Shown piece after piece: positions 28,420 through 38,556 of a DNA stretch of 64,000 nt. The stretch's first letter is position 1. Each line of letters opens with the position of its first letter. A model generated the notes under the pieces. That model did no database searches and was not told the origin of the DNA. It saw only the letters and a program-made list of their open reading frames with translations. Position numbers and translations under genes: made by a program. This DNA comes from an uncultured Woeseiaceae bacterium (lineage in GTDB: Bacteria > Pseudomonadota > Gammaproteobacteria > Steroidobacterales > Woeseiaceae): assembly GCA_964403695.1 (NCBI GenBank), contig CAYOHF010000001.1:38181-102180 (forward strand). The letters are read 5' to 3'.

Positions 28420-30201
28420 ATGTCACAAACGAAACACGTAATACTGGCAGCATCGCTTGCTGCGCTGCTAATGGCAGGCTGCAGCGATGCGTCAAAACAG
28501 GCTGAAGAGCCTGCTACAGCCACGGCAGCAACCGTTGCGCCGGCTGACCTCGTATTGCGCGGCGGCAAGGTCGCGACGGTCGATCCGGCGCTTGGCAACG
28601 CAGAGGCAATAGCCGTCAATGGCTACCAGGTTACTGCTGTGGGCAGTAACGACGAGATCTCAGCGTATATCGGGCCCGAAACCGAGGTCATCGAACTGAA
28701 TGGGCGTTTCGCGATGCCCGGGTTTATCGAAGGCCACGGGCACTATATGGGACTCGGCCGGGCCAAGCAGATCCTCGACCTCAATGACGTGGCCAACTGG
28801 CAAGAAGTCGTCACCATGGTTTCGAGCGCGGTGGACAAGGCGCAGCCGGGTGAGTGGATTTTCGGCCGCGGCTGGCACCAGGATAAATGGGACAGCGTGC
28901 CCGATGACGCCGTTGACGGCGTGCCGCGCAATGACACCCTGAGCGCAGTTTCGCCGGATAACCCCGTTTCCCTGGGGCACGCCAGTGGTCACGCGGCTTT
29001 CTTTAATAAAGCTGCGCTCGAAGCTGCGGGAATCACGGTTGATACCGAGGACCCGGCAGGCGGCACGATCGTGCGAGCACCTGATGGCCGGGCGACGGGT
29101 CTGATGCGGGAAACGGCACAGAGATTGTTGAACGAAGCCATTGGCGTCTATGAAGGTCGTTTAACGCCGGAACAGATGGAGCAGATTGATCGTGAGCGCG
29201 TCATGCTCGCGGCTGACGAATCGCTTGCTCATGGTGTTACATCATTCCAGGATGCCGGTTCTTCATTCGAGACAATCGATTTCCTGAAAAAGCTGGAGGA
29301 GGAGGGCAATCTTCCGATCAGGTTGTACGTCATGGTTCGCGGAGCGTCGAACGAACTGATGGCCGAAGGCTTGCCACAGTACAAAATGCTGCCCGAGGGT
29401 AATGATTTCCTGACCGTCCGTTCTATCAAACGACAGATCGACGGCGCGCTGGGCGCACATGGCGCCTGGCTGCTTGAACCTTACGTTGATATGCCAGAGA
29501 CAGCCGGCCTCGTACTTGAGGAGCCGGATGACATCGAGCGCACGGCAGAGCTTGCCGTCGAGCACGGCTTTCAGTTGAATACACACGCAATCGGTGATCG
29601 TGGCGTGCGTGAGACGCTCGACATCTATGAACGCGCATGGAAAACGATGGAGGTTGATGGCAAACCGTTGCGCTGGCGTGTCGAGCACGCCCAGCACATC
29701 GATCCACTTGATGTACCAAGATTCGGCAGTCTCGGTGTAATCCCTGCCGTGCAGGCGGTTCACGGTACTTCTGATGGCCCCTGGATTCCGAGCCGACTTG
29801 GTGATGAAAGAGCAAAAATTACCTCACAACCGTGGCGTGATCTCATCAATACGGGCGCGTTAATTACCAACGGTACAGATGTACCAGTGGAACGCATCAA
29901 CGCGTTGGCTTCTTATTATTCGTCCGTCAGCCGGATGATGATAAACGGAGAAAAATTCTATCCCGAGCAGGCACTGACTCGCGAAGAAGGGCTGGCCGCG
30001 TACACTCTGAACAATGCGATTGCCGCATTTGAAGAGGACATCAAAGGCACGCTGACACCCGGCAAGTATGCTGACATCGTCGTGTTATCGCAGGACCTCC
30101 TGACCGTCGACGAAGAAGCGATTCCGGATACGACTGTCGACATTACTATTGTTGGCGGAAAGGTGAAGTACACTCGCGCCACAGGCGGCAGCAAAAAATA
30201 A
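28420..30201 (+). CDS. amidohydrolase-family (Amidohydro_3 / YtcJ-like) metal-dependent hydrolase, lipoprotein
   Basis: Lipobox LLMAGCS. It also has FAMPGFIEGHGHY (the HxH metal site), NTHAIGD, and C-terminal GTD.PVE and YADIVVL motifs. Confidence 0.85.
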   Translation: MSQTKHVILAASLAALLMAGCSDASKQAEEPATATAATVAPADLVLRGGKVATVDPALGNAEAIAVNGYQVTAVGSNDEISAYIGPETEVIELNGRFAMPGFIEGHGHYMGLGRAKQILDLNDVANWQEVVTMVSSAVDKAQPGEWIFGRGWHQDKWDSVPDDAVDGVPRNDTLSAVSPDNPVSLGHASGHAAFFNKAALEAAGITVDTEDPAGGTIVRAPDGRATGLMRETAQRLLNEAIGVYEGRLTPEQMEQIDRERVMLAADESLAHGVTSFQDAGSSFETIDFLKKLEEEGNLPIRLYVMVRGASNELMAEGLPQYKMLPEGNDFLTVRSIKRQIDGALGAHGAWLLEPYVDMPETAGLVLEEPDDIERTAELAVEHGFQLNTHAIGDRGVRETLDIYERAWKTMEVDGKPLRWRVEHAQHIDPLDVPRFGSLGVIPAVQAVHGTSDGPWIPSRLGDERAKITSQPWRDLINTGALITNGTDVPVERINALASYYSSVSRMMINGEKFYPEQALTREEGLAAYTLNNAIAAFEEDIKGTLTPGKYADIVVLSQDLLTVDEEAIPDTTVDITIVGGKVKYTRATGGSKK

Positions 30202-30218
30202 TTTGGCAGGAGAAGAAA

Positions 30219-30461
30219 ATGACGGACTTCGACGATATCGTTGATGAAGTAAAACAAAAGCGTGACGAGCTGAGAGTGCAAATTCACCTGGCTTCGAAAG
30301 AGGTTCAGGAAGAATGGCATGAGCTCGAAGGCAAGATGGAGCACTTCAATAACAAAGCCAGCCTCGGCGACACCGGCGAGGGTGTAGGCAAGGCGTTAGG
30401 ACAGCTCGGACATGAATTGAAGCTGGGGTATGAGCGCATCCGGGATGCGATCAAGGATTAA
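30219..30461 (+). CDS. small helical hypothetical protein
   Basis: 80-aa ORF starting 18 nt after the amidohydrolase stop, preceded by ggcaggagaag (Shine-Dalgarno-like). Charged helical composition. I recognise no family. Confidence 0.5.
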   Translation: MTDFDDIVDEVKQKRDELRVQIHLASKEVQEEWHELEGKMEHFNNKASLGDTGEGVGKALGQLGHELKLGYERIRDAIKD

Positions 30462-30603
30462 TTCCAATACACAAGGAAGGACGCAATAAACCGCAGCATT
30501 GCGCCGACGCTTCAGCCCACGGCCAGAATACTCGTCTTTATGGGACAGCGGTGGGTCGTACAGAGCATCGTGTAGTGAGTTTGACACCCACGTTGTTGTG
30601 AAC

Positions 30604-30634
30604 AAAAAGCCCCGTGAGGGGCTTTTTGCTTTTA
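30604..30634. terminator. bidirectional rho-independent terminator
   Basis: aaaaagcccc-gtga-ggggctttttgctttt, a GC stem flanked by an A-run and a T-run, between convergent genes ending at 30461 (+) and 30652 (-). Confidence 0.75.
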
Positions 30635-30651
30635 GACATTAGCGTTGTGAC

Positions 30652-31344
30652 TTACAACACGGATTCCGGACATGAGCTATCCGGGCAAGGTGCAAAAATA
30701 GCAAATGCTGTGCTTACCGCAGGTCCGGCCATTGGAAAGTTGGTCGTCGTCAGATCGCCGATCCACGAGTCCATACCTGGCGTTATGTGTGGATGTTGGT
30801 CAACAACCAGAGCTACCTGTGCAGTGTATCCATTGTTGCGGCGCAGGCCGCCACCCTCTCCGACAAGGATGAACAGATCATTTGGCAGGTTACCGGCAAC
30901 AACGCTGAAATCGATGTTGACGACACCACCACTGCTGCCATCGGATGCACTGATAGCGCCGCTGGCGTTGAACACTGAACCGCCAACATCCGGGTTAGCC
31001 AGGTCCGGATCATCGCAGGGACCCTCGCAGGCAGCCGGGTTGTTGAATACGACGAACCAAAGCGTGTAAGGATCGCCAGCAGTCGGTACCTTAGTCATAA
31101 CGCGCCCGGTGATGCTGTTCTTCGAACGAATCATCCAGGCTGCACCTTTGCGCGTGCCTGGGCCGGACGCGCCGTCAAAAACGTTAGCGGTCTGATAGCG
31201 GCGCGGCAGATAAGTCGCCCGTTTTTGCAGTTTTTCGGCAAGGCGTGCCTGCGCACGCGCGTAACCGTTCGAGTGATCGGCTGACGCTGGTAAGGTCAAT
31301 AGTGCAAAGCTGAATATGACGGTGGTCATGAGTAGTTTCTTCAT
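30652..31344 (-). CDS. secreted hypothetical protein
   Basis: Signal peptide MKKLLMTTVIFSFALLTLPASA. Gly/Asn-rich, probably beta-rich, with paired Cys (ACEGPCDDPD and CPDSSCPES). I recognise no family. Confidence 0.6.
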   Translation of the reverse strand: MKKLLMTTVIFSFALLTLPASADHSNGYARAQARLAEKLQKRATYLPRRYQTANVFDGASGPGTRKGAAWMIRSKNSITGRVMTKVPTAGDPYTLWFVVFNNPAACEGPCDDPDLANPDVGGSVFNASGAISASDGSSGGVVNIDFSVVAGNLPNDLFILVGEGGGLRRNNGYTAQVALVVDQHPHITPGMDSWIGDLTTTNFPMAGPAVSTAFAIFAPCPDSSCPESVL

Positions 31345-31589
31345 GGTTTGCTTCCTCTGATTGTTGTCTGTTGTGGCAGTGCTGCGTCCCTGTCGGAATA
31401 CGGCATTGCCACAGTTCAGGCTATTGGAAGGCTGCGTGGAAGTAGTGAAACAACCATGAAAAAAGAACTAAAAATATCTGGAATCAATAACTTGCGAAGC
31501 TGGACAATCCGGCAGGCGGTTGTATAGGAGCTGCATCCCGATTCCAGCACCTGAGCTGCAGGCAGCGCATGCCAAAAGCCCGGCAATAC

Positions 31590-32336
31590 TCAATACTGCC
31601 TTACAGCATCCGGTGCCAGAATTTCGGAGCGCTCGGCGATATCTTTCAGGAAACGCAGTATTTGTGTCGATGTATATAGTCGTGCGGGCTCAAGTTCGCC
31701 ATCGTTAGTTGTACCGATGAGTGCGCCCGAGGGATCGTAAAATATTGCCACCGGAATGCCGCGGCCAAGGGTCACTCCCAGGTCCACAGCAACGTCGATA
31801 TTTCGATCGAATTCTCCGACATTGACATTGACGAATGTGAACCGGTCACTGCTGTACTCGATAACATTGTCGCTGCCGAGCGTGGCATACAGGGTGCGGC
31901 AATCGACGCACCAGTTGGCGCCAAATGTAATCATGAGAAACCGGTTGCTCTCAACGGCGGCCGCACGAGCTCTCGCTACCTCGGCCCGCGCATCAATGCC
32001 ATCTTTGTACGGAAAGACGAGAATGTTCCTGTTTGTGTCAGCAGATTCACGAACGCCGAACAGGTCGTCGGACAAAAGCCGATTATCCTCCCTGAGCGCC
32101 TCAATCAGTTCGAGCTGATCGGCAAGCGCTTGCTGGTCAATAAACGTTGCTCCGCTGATTAGCAGGATGGCGTGGTGCAATAGCGCTCCACCGAGCAGTC
32201 CGGCTAACAGAATGGATACTGAATTTCGGCCCGAATTGATCACATTAGCCCCATGACAGGCCGGTCCGGGCAGTGTCTGCGTCCACTGGGTTGCTTGTTT
32301 TGCATGGTTGCAAAGCAAATCATGATTCCCGGTCAA
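31590..32336 (-). CDS. membrane-anchored thioredoxin-fold protein
   Basis: TM helix (SILLAGLLGGALLHHAILLISG) followed by a thioredoxin-like domain with the active-site-like WCVDC (FGANWCVDCRTL). The start codon is uncertain. Confidence 0.65.
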   Translation of the reverse strand: MTGNHDLLCNHAKQATQWTQTLPGPACHGANVINSGRNSVSILLAGLLGGALLHHAILLISGATFIDQQALADQLELIEALREDNRLLSDDLFGVRESADTNRNILVFPYKDGIDARAEVARARAAAVESNRFLMITFGANWCVDCRTLYATLGSDNVIEYSSDRFTFVNVNVGEFDRNIDVAVDLGVTLGRGIPVAIFYDPSGALIGTTNDGELEPARLYTSTQILRFLKDIAERSEILAPDAVRQY

Positions 32337-32440
32337 TCGGTAGTGAATTCAGCAATTTTCACCGAAATTTCATTGCTGCATTCAGATGCGGTGTGCTAAA
32401 AATGGTTCCTCAAAACAAAAGTACTGACGCGAGGATCAGG

Positions 32441-32908
32441 ATGAAATTCTACCTATCAGTCTTATTGACAATTGTTGCTCTGGGCGGGTCCGCCTATACA
32501 TTCGCCTGTGGCGACAGTCTGTACCGGGTTGGCAAAGGCGTGTCCTACAGAACCTATTCGGCGCCATTGCCAGGGAACTTGCTGGTCTACGGCACGACAG
32601 AGGGTGCCAGGCAACTCGCCGAGGAACTCGCCCGATCCGGTCACGGCGTACAGGTTGTTGGCAGCGCTCAGGAACTAAATTCAGAGCTGGAAAAGGGTGG
32701 CTACGATGTCGTCATCGCACCGTTTAGCGAACGAGGTGCGATCGAGCAGCGGGCGAATTCCTCGGACGCATCATTTCTGCCGATCGCGATGAGCAGCGAA
32801 GAAGAGCGCCTGGCACGGCAATCCTACGAGAGAGTGATGGTGCCCGAGAAGCATGAGCTCAAGCACTATCTGAAAGAGATACACCGGGTTTTGAGAAGCA
32901 ACGGCTAA
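32441..32908 (+). CDS. secreted hypothetical protein
   Basis: ATG at 32441 is preceded by gaggatcagg, and the signal peptide is MKFYLSVLLTIVALGGSAYTFA. The upstream part of the track ORF (from 32273) overlaps the divergent gene and is not signal-like. Confidence 0.55.
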   Translation: MKFYLSVLLTIVALGGSAYTFACGDSLYRVGKGVSYRTYSAPLPGNLLVYGTTEGARQLAEELARSGHGVQVVGSAQELNSELEKGGYDVVIAPFSERGAIEQRANSSDASFLPIAMSSEEERLARQSYERVMVPEKHELKHYLKEIHRVLRSNG

Positions 32909-32955
32909 TGTTACTTTCAGACGAGGAACCGACGCATCCATGTATCCCGGCCAGA

Positions 32956-33858
32956 ATGACCTTCGCCGTATATCTGTCAACACTCTTCCTGATCGTTTTG
33001 GTCGTGCCATTTGCAGCGCACGCGGAGAAAGGAGATTTCAGTCTCGGCGTTGAGTATCAGTACGTTCGCACCGGGAAATTTGACAGCAGCGTCGGCGAAC
33101 TCGAAATCGGCAATACCGACTCGCATGTGATGATGATCTCTGGGGACTATGCGCTTAGCGACCGTTGGTCCATCAGCGCGAGCCTGCCTTACATCAAAAA
33201 ACGTCACACGGGCGCTTTGCCGCACAATCCAGCGGTTGATCTTACGGAATACCCCGAAGCGGATCAGTCCCTGATAGATGACGGCAACTATCACAGTGAC
33301 TGGCAGGATATCTACGTTGCTGTTTCCTACCGCGCGCGGGAAGGTCGCTTGTCCCTTTATCCTTTCATAGCCCTCGGCGTGCCAACGAATGACTATCCGT
33401 TCTATGCGCACGCCGCAGTAGGGCGCAATATCCAGCATGTACCGGTTGGAGTTGCGTTCAATTTTACGCCGTATTTTTCGGATTTCTCTTTGAGTGGTGA
33501 TATCGCCTACGTTTTCACCGAAAAATCATTGGGCGTCGACATCAGTCACTGGCTCATCAATCTGGACGCCAGCTACTATGTAACGCCAGGTTTTGCTCCA
33601 AAAGTGTTTTTATCGATCAAACACGGAACAAAAGGCCTGGATTTTCCGAACGATTTTGACGTAACAGCGCTTAACGACGAAGCCTGGTACTTTCACGATC
33701 GAACCATCAAGCACAACTTCGTGAACGGTGGTTTGGGCTTTGACTGGATCCTGAACGAGAAGTATTTGCTGTCCGGCAGCGTACTGACGATGCTGGTTCC
33801 TGATCAGGTGAACATCGTTGACTACGGGTTTTCTTTCGGTTTCAAACGATTTTTCTAG
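32956..33858 (+). CDS. predicted outer-membrane beta-barrel protein
   Basis: Signal peptide (MTFAVYLSTLFLIVLVVPFAAHA), alternating beta-strand pattern, and a C-terminal aromatic signature ...FSFGFKRFF. Confidence 0.6.
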   Translation: MTFAVYLSTLFLIVLVVPFAAHAEKGDFSLGVEYQYVRTGKFDSSVGELEIGNTDSHVMMISGDYALSDRWSISASLPYIKKRHTGALPHNPAVDLTEYPEADQSLIDDGNYHSDWQDIYVAVSYRAREGRLSLYPFIALGVPTNDYPFYAHAAVGRNIQHVPVGVAFNFTPYFSDFSLSGDIAYVFTEKSLGVDISHWLINLDASYYVTPGFAPKVFLSIKHGTKGLDFPNDFDVTALNDEAWYFHDRTIKHNFVNGGLGFDWILNEKYLLSGSVLTMLVPDQVNIVDYGFSFGFKRFF

Positions 33859-33893
33859 GGCGAGCAGGCCGGCCCACTCGTGAAATATTCGGG

Positions 33894-35975
33894 CTAAAGC
33901 TTAACGCCAAATTCCACCAGGGTCTCGGGCAGTTGTGCGCGCAGCAGCGCTCGTCGCTCATCAACCCTTTGTAGCATCGCCTGGTATTGAGGCTCGTTGA
34001 CGAATCGCTGCAGGCAGCGTGGGTCGCGAATGATACCGTCCCACGGTAAACGCGCACTTTCAGCAATAATGTCGAAACGTTTTTTCACTTCGTCGTCCTG
34101 GCCAAGCACAGCGTATGTACAGCCTTGGTATAAATTGCTCCACCAGGTGTCATTATTCACCCGTGGTCGTACATTCGCCATCCAGTGCGCGAGATCGTGC
34201 GCAGTCTCGGATTCACCGAGACCCTCGAGCGCATCAAACAGGTAGACATACGCCTCAATATCGGCCGACTGCTTGGTATTGGGCACAATGGAGTCCGGCA
34301 GACCGGCGGACCTGAGCATCCAGACAGCTTTCTCAAATTGACCCGTAGCGTTGTAACTGAAGGCCAGCAGGTAACGCAGCGTAATGTCTTCTGGTTCATC
34401 AATCATTCGCAGCTCACCTTCGTCAATGAGCTGATCGTAGTGGCGCATCTTGAATAACAGGCCAATACCATGCTCCGGTTCGAGTTGAATGGCTGTATCG
34501 AAGTCACCAATCTCGGCATAAAGCTCGGCCAGCATGCCGACGTTGGCTGGATTGTTCGGTTCCATGTCTCGCGCGCGCATTGCCCAGGCAATGCTCTGAT
34601 CGAGACGTCCCGATAACTCAAGTAATCGGGCAATGAGTCGGGCCGCCGTGGCGCCTTCAAATACATCCTCGATACGACGGGCGATTTGCAATGTTTCGGC
34701 AACTCGTCCGTCATAGCCATAGAAAATGCCCAGCGCACCAAACCTGGCTAAGGAAAGCGGATCAAGTTCGAGCGCTCGTTGGTACAGTGCAGCCGGCGTG
34801 ACGTTATCACCCTGCATCCAAAGCCAGTGGGCGTAGTCAGCGAGCGCATCCGCATTATTTGGATTCAAATCAACGGCATTTTTATAAGCGTTTGCTGCGC
34901 CAGGCAAACTGCGTTGCATGTAATACTCACCCAGGGTGTTTTGCACCTGGGATAAGTCAGGATCGATCGAGAGCGCCCGAAAAATGGGCGCCTCCGCACC
35001 AGGGATGTCGCCCGCATATAAAAGTGCGCTGGCGAGCTTACTGAACGCAAGGGCCGAGTCAGGATCGACTTCGGTAGCTTTTCTGTAAAGCTGGATGGCC
35101 TCTGCCAGGAGCTCGAAATCGACTTCCGGACGATCCCGAACCTGTTGCTCGAAATAACGCGCCTGAAACATTAATTCACTAGCTGATGAGCTTCTCGTCG
35201 ACGGGGTTGCGATAATCTCAACCGAATCCGGAAACATACGTTGAACAATTTCTTCAGCGATCGTCTGTTGCACCGCAAGTAACTCTTTTGAGCTGCGGTC
35301 ATAAGTTGCGCTCCAGAGCGCCAGTCCGGAACTGCCCTCGATCAGCTGCACCGATATGCGCAGCTCATTGCCGCGCCGCCGCATGCTGCCCTCGACGAGC
35401 ACCGCAACACCGAGGCTGCTGGACATGGATTTCGCATCCGAGGCGCGTTCCCTGACGGAATTGGAAGAAGATCGCGCTGCAATACGTAACCCGGAAACTC
35501 TGCCCAACTGGTCGCGCAACTCATCGCTGAGTCCTTCGCTCAGATAGTTGTCATCGGCATCCCGGCTCATGTTCTCAAACGGCAAAACGGCAATACTGTT
35601 TGGAATATTCCGGGATGAAAAGTCAGCGCCGCCGTGCCCCTGCGTGGCCGGCCTGATCAGCCAGAACAAACCGGCAGTGCAGACAATGAGAAGAGACATC
35701 GCAGCGAAGATGCTGGCCTTGCCGCGGCGACTGGTAAGCGTCGTTCTTTGTATTCCTTCCGGCGTGATATCGAATGTCCAGGCCAGGAACATCGCGATCG
35801 GGAAACCCACAACAAAAGCGATAACGGCCAGTGCCGATACCCAGTTGGGCAGGAAGAGTTGTTCCACGACCGTAACAATGATTTCGGTAGCGCCCCATGC
35901 GATGGCGCCATAAATTGCCGCGACTTTGATTACATGACGCTTTTGCAATTCCTCGATAAACGAAAAATCAGACAT
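33894..35975 (-). CDS. membrane-anchored TPR-repeat protein (paralogue of the adjacent regulator, lacking the DNA-binding domain)
   Basis: The N-terminal segment FIEELQKRHVIKVAAIYGAIAWGATEIIV plus further TM helices is followed by a TolB-N-like segment (SIAVLPFENMS...YLSEGLSDEL) and TPR repeats. The C-terminal about 450 aa align visibly with the 35990-38203 product. Confidence 0.7.
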   Translation of the reverse strand: MSDFSFIEELQKRHVIKVAAIYGAIAWGATEIIVTVVEQLFLPNWVSALAVIAFVVGFPIAMFLAWTFDITPEGIQRTTLTSRRGKASIFAAMSLLIVCTAGLFWLIRPATQGHGGADFSSRNIPNSIAVLPFENMSRDADDNYLSEGLSDELRDQLGRVSGLRIAARSSSNSVRERASDAKSMSSSLGVAVLVEGSMRRRGNELRISVQLIEGSSGLALWSATYDRSSKELLAVQQTIAEEIVQRMFPDSVEIIATPSTRSSSASELMFQARYFEQQVRDRPEVDFELLAEAIQLYRKATEVDPDSALAFSKLASALLYAGDIPGAEAPIFRALSIDPDLSQVQNTLGEYYMQRSLPGAANAYKNAVDLNPNNADALADYAHWLWMQGDNVTPAALYQRALELDPLSLARFGALGIFYGYDGRVAETLQIARRIEDVFEGATAARLIARLLELSGRLDQSIAWAMRARDMEPNNPANVGMLAELYAEIGDFDTAIQLEPEHGIGLLFKMRHYDQLIDEGELRMIDEPEDITLRYLLAFSYNATGQFEKAVWMLRSAGLPDSIVPNTKQSADIEAYVYLFDALEGLGESETAHDLAHWMANVRPRVNNDTWWSNLYQGCTYAVLGQDDEVKKRFDIIAESARLPWDGIIRDPRCLQRFVNEPQYQAMLQRVDERRALLRAQLPETLVEFGVKL

Positions 35976-35989
35976 GGCCTAAAAATTCC

Positions 35990-38203
35990 TCACAGCACGA
36001 CTGCATAGGCGCTCAGCGTTACAGACAATCGTTCCCGTAAATTCCGTCGCCGTGAATCGACCTGATCAAGTACTGCGAGGTACCGGGCTTCATTCTGGAA
36101 TCTGGCGAAACAGCGCGAGTCTTTTAAGGTTGTGTCCCACGGCAACCTGGGGCTGGAAGTGACCCGTTCAATACTCTGTAAGGCGAGTTCATCGCGACCC
36201 TGTACAGCAAGTGCACAGGCCCGATAAACATGAATCCACCAGTTGTCGCTCTTGGTGTGTCGCGCCGATTCAAACCACCTGGCCAATTCACTGGCCTGGT
36301 TCGATGCGCCACTTGCATCGAGCGCATCAACATAGGTAACGAATGCTTCAAGGTCCACGGGATGCTTGGCTTCGGCTCTTGCCGCATTGGGCTGACCGAT
36401 TCGTCGCAGTATCCGGATCGCGCCTTCCGAATTTCCGGTTGCGGTATAGGCGAATGCGAGTAGATGGTGCAGGTAGATATCGTTAGGTTCATCGATTGTT
36501 CGTAATTCGGCAATTTCAATCATCTCGTCATAGCGCCGCATCTTGTACAGCAGTCCTATACTTTGCTCGGGTGCAAGTTGCACCGCCGTATCAAAATCGC
36601 CAATTTCAGCATAGAGCTCTGCAAGCGCGGCGACGTGCTCGCCGTTGTCTGGTTGCCGATCCCGAGCTTTTATGGTCCAGGCGATACTCCGGTCGATTTC
36701 CCCTATGAGCTCATACAAGCGCGCGATAACCCGGTACGCGGCTGCGCTGTCGAATTGCCGCTTGATACGCTCCACGATCGCCTTTGTATCGCCCACTCTT
36801 GCTTCATTGGCATAAAACTCGCCCAGTGCAGCGTGTCTGGACAGCGACAGCGGGTCCAGTTCCATCGCACGTCGGAACATTTCCTCCGGTCTGTCGTCGT
36901 TGGCTTGCATCCAATACCAGTACCCGTAAGCAGAAAGCGCGTCGGCATTGTTTGGATTGAGGTCTATAGCTCTGTTCCACGCTGCACCGGCCCCGGGGAG
37001 TCTGGCTACCCAGTAATAGTCGCCAAGTGTTTTTTGTACGTCCGATATATTCGGATCGAGTTCGACCGACTTGAGAATTGGCTCCTCTGCGGCTGATAAC
37101 TGGCCTCCATACAATAACGCTCCGCCAAGGCGACTGTACGCCAGTGCTGAATTGGGGTCTGCCTGAATGGCGTCGCGATAAAGGCTGATCGCCCGGTCCA
37201 GCAGTTTCTGGTTAACCTCCGGACGTTCGCGGACGTCACGTTCCAGAAATCTTGCGAGAAACATCAGCTCATTTGCCGAAAAACTTTGAATCGCTGGCGG
37301 GTAAGGGCTCGCCTCGGCAGCGGGCGCAATCTTCAACAGGACTGCCTGAGCGATTTCGTTTTGCACGATGAACAGATTGTCCGCATGCTGTTCATATCGT
37401 TCTGACCAGATATTGGCGCTATTCGCCGTGTCGACCAGTTGCGCCGTAACAATCAACTGATCCCCGGTTCGGCGCACACTTCCCTCGAGAACATAAGTGA
37501 CGTTTAAGGTGTCACGAATGGTCTGGATGTCAGGCACCTTGTCAGCGAACGAAAATGAAGACGTTCTCGCAATGACCCGCAATTCTGAAGATCGTGCCAG
37601 CAAATTGAGAACGTCATCCGAAATTCCGTCACCCAGGTATTGTTGATTTTGCGACTCGCTGGTGTCGGCAAAGGGGAGTACGGCAACCGAATTTTTGAGG
37701 ATCGACGGAACTGGCCCCGCACGATTGAGGTTGATCAACCAGGCAAACGAGACCGCAATGACCATTGTTGTCGCGGCGATGGCGACGACCATACCTCTTG
37801 TGAATTGCCCTGGACCACGACGCGACTGTTTCTCCGGCGCCATGGACTCTTCGACCGTGCAAGGCGACTCAAAAATATATCCTCGCCTAGGGACCGTTCG
37901 AATGATTGATTTGTCCGTGTCGCTCAGCGCTTTTCTGATATCAAGAAGGCAATGGGTCAGCGAGTCGTCCGTGACGATCTTGCTGCCCCAGATTTCTCCT
38001 TGCAGATGAATCTTCGTGACCAGGCTGCCTTGCTGCTCCAGCAGGATTCTCAATACATCAAATGATTGTGGCCTTAACCTGATTTCCTCGCCATGCTTCA
38101 GGAGTGCGCCACGGCCGGTATCCAGCGAATAGTCACCGAACGAATAGACGAGCTGTTTTTGTTGCAGCGTGGTTGGCATGTGTATCCATACACGGTTTTG
38201 CAA
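35990..38203 (-). CDS. CadC/ToxR-like membrane-bound transcriptional regulator (OmpR/PhoB-type winged helix + TM + TPR)
   Basis: Trans_reg_C pattern YSFGDYSLDTGRGALLKHGEEIRLRPQSFDVLRILLE......T...L....W.......D.SL...L..IRKAL......IIRTVPRRGYIF. It has one TM helix (VVAIAATTMVIAVSFAWLI), SVAVLPFADTS...YLGDGISDDV, and TPR repeats. Confidence 0.8.
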   Translation of the reverse strand: MQNRVWIHMPTTLQQKQLVYSFGDYSLDTGRGALLKHGEEIRLRPQSFDVLRILLEQQGSLVTKIHLQGEIWGSKIVTDDSLTHCLLDIRKALSDTDKSIIRTVPRRGYIFESPCTVEESMAPEKQSRRGPGQFTRGMVVAIAATTMVIAVSFAWLINLNRAGPVPSILKNSVAVLPFADTSESQNQQYLGDGISDDVLNLLARSSELRVIARTSSFSFADKVPDIQTIRDTLNVTYVLEGSVRRTGDQLIVTAQLVDTANSANIWSERYEQHADNLFIVQNEIAQAVLLKIAPAAEASPYPPAIQSFSANELMFLARFLERDVRERPEVNQKLLDRAISLYRDAIQADPNSALAYSRLGGALLYGGQLSAAEEPILKSVELDPNISDVQKTLGDYYWVARLPGAGAAWNRAIDLNPNNADALSAYGYWYWMQANDDRPEEMFRRAMELDPLSLSRHAALGEFYANEARVGDTKAIVERIKRQFDSAAAYRVIARLYELIGEIDRSIAWTIKARDRQPDNGEHVAALAELYAEIGDFDTAVQLAPEQSIGLLYKMRRYDEMIEIAELRTIDEPNDIYLHHLLAFAYTATGNSEGAIRILRRIGQPNAARAEAKHPVDLEAFVTYVDALDASGASNQASELARWFESARHTKSDNWWIHVYRACALAVQGRDELALQSIERVTSSPRLPWDTTLKDSRCFARFQNEARYLAVLDQVDSRRRNLRERLSVTLSAYAVVL

Positions 38204-38397
38204 GGCGTAACTTATTGATTACAGGTTTTTATAGCACTTTTTCACCATTGTTTTGGCACTTCTTTTCCGTTACGGATTTCTCTACCGCGCAAGCTCCCGG
38301 TCTTCAGCATTTCGGCCTGCTTATGCTGGGGTTCTTGCCGATACGGATATCGACAACCGGGACGCCGCTGCCTCTGCTTCGAGTGGAACAGGCGTAA

Positions 38398-38556
38398 TCA
38401 GCGCGACTCAAGCACTATGTTAAACGGTGTCTCTGCGACCCGTCGCGTCTCGTCGAATCCGGCCTCCCGCATAACTTCTGCCATACGTTTCTCACCGGCC
38501 TGTGCGCCCAGAGCGAGTCCGACCACTTGTCCTGCAAATTGTTCAACCTTGCTCAT
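38398..38556 (-). pseudogene. possible remnant of the C-terminus of a SAM-dependent methyltransferase
   Basis: The short ORF ends ...AGEKRMAEVMREAGFDETRRVAETPFNIVLESR, which resembles the C-terminal tails of class I methyltransferases. No upstream catalytic part exists. Confidence 0.25.
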
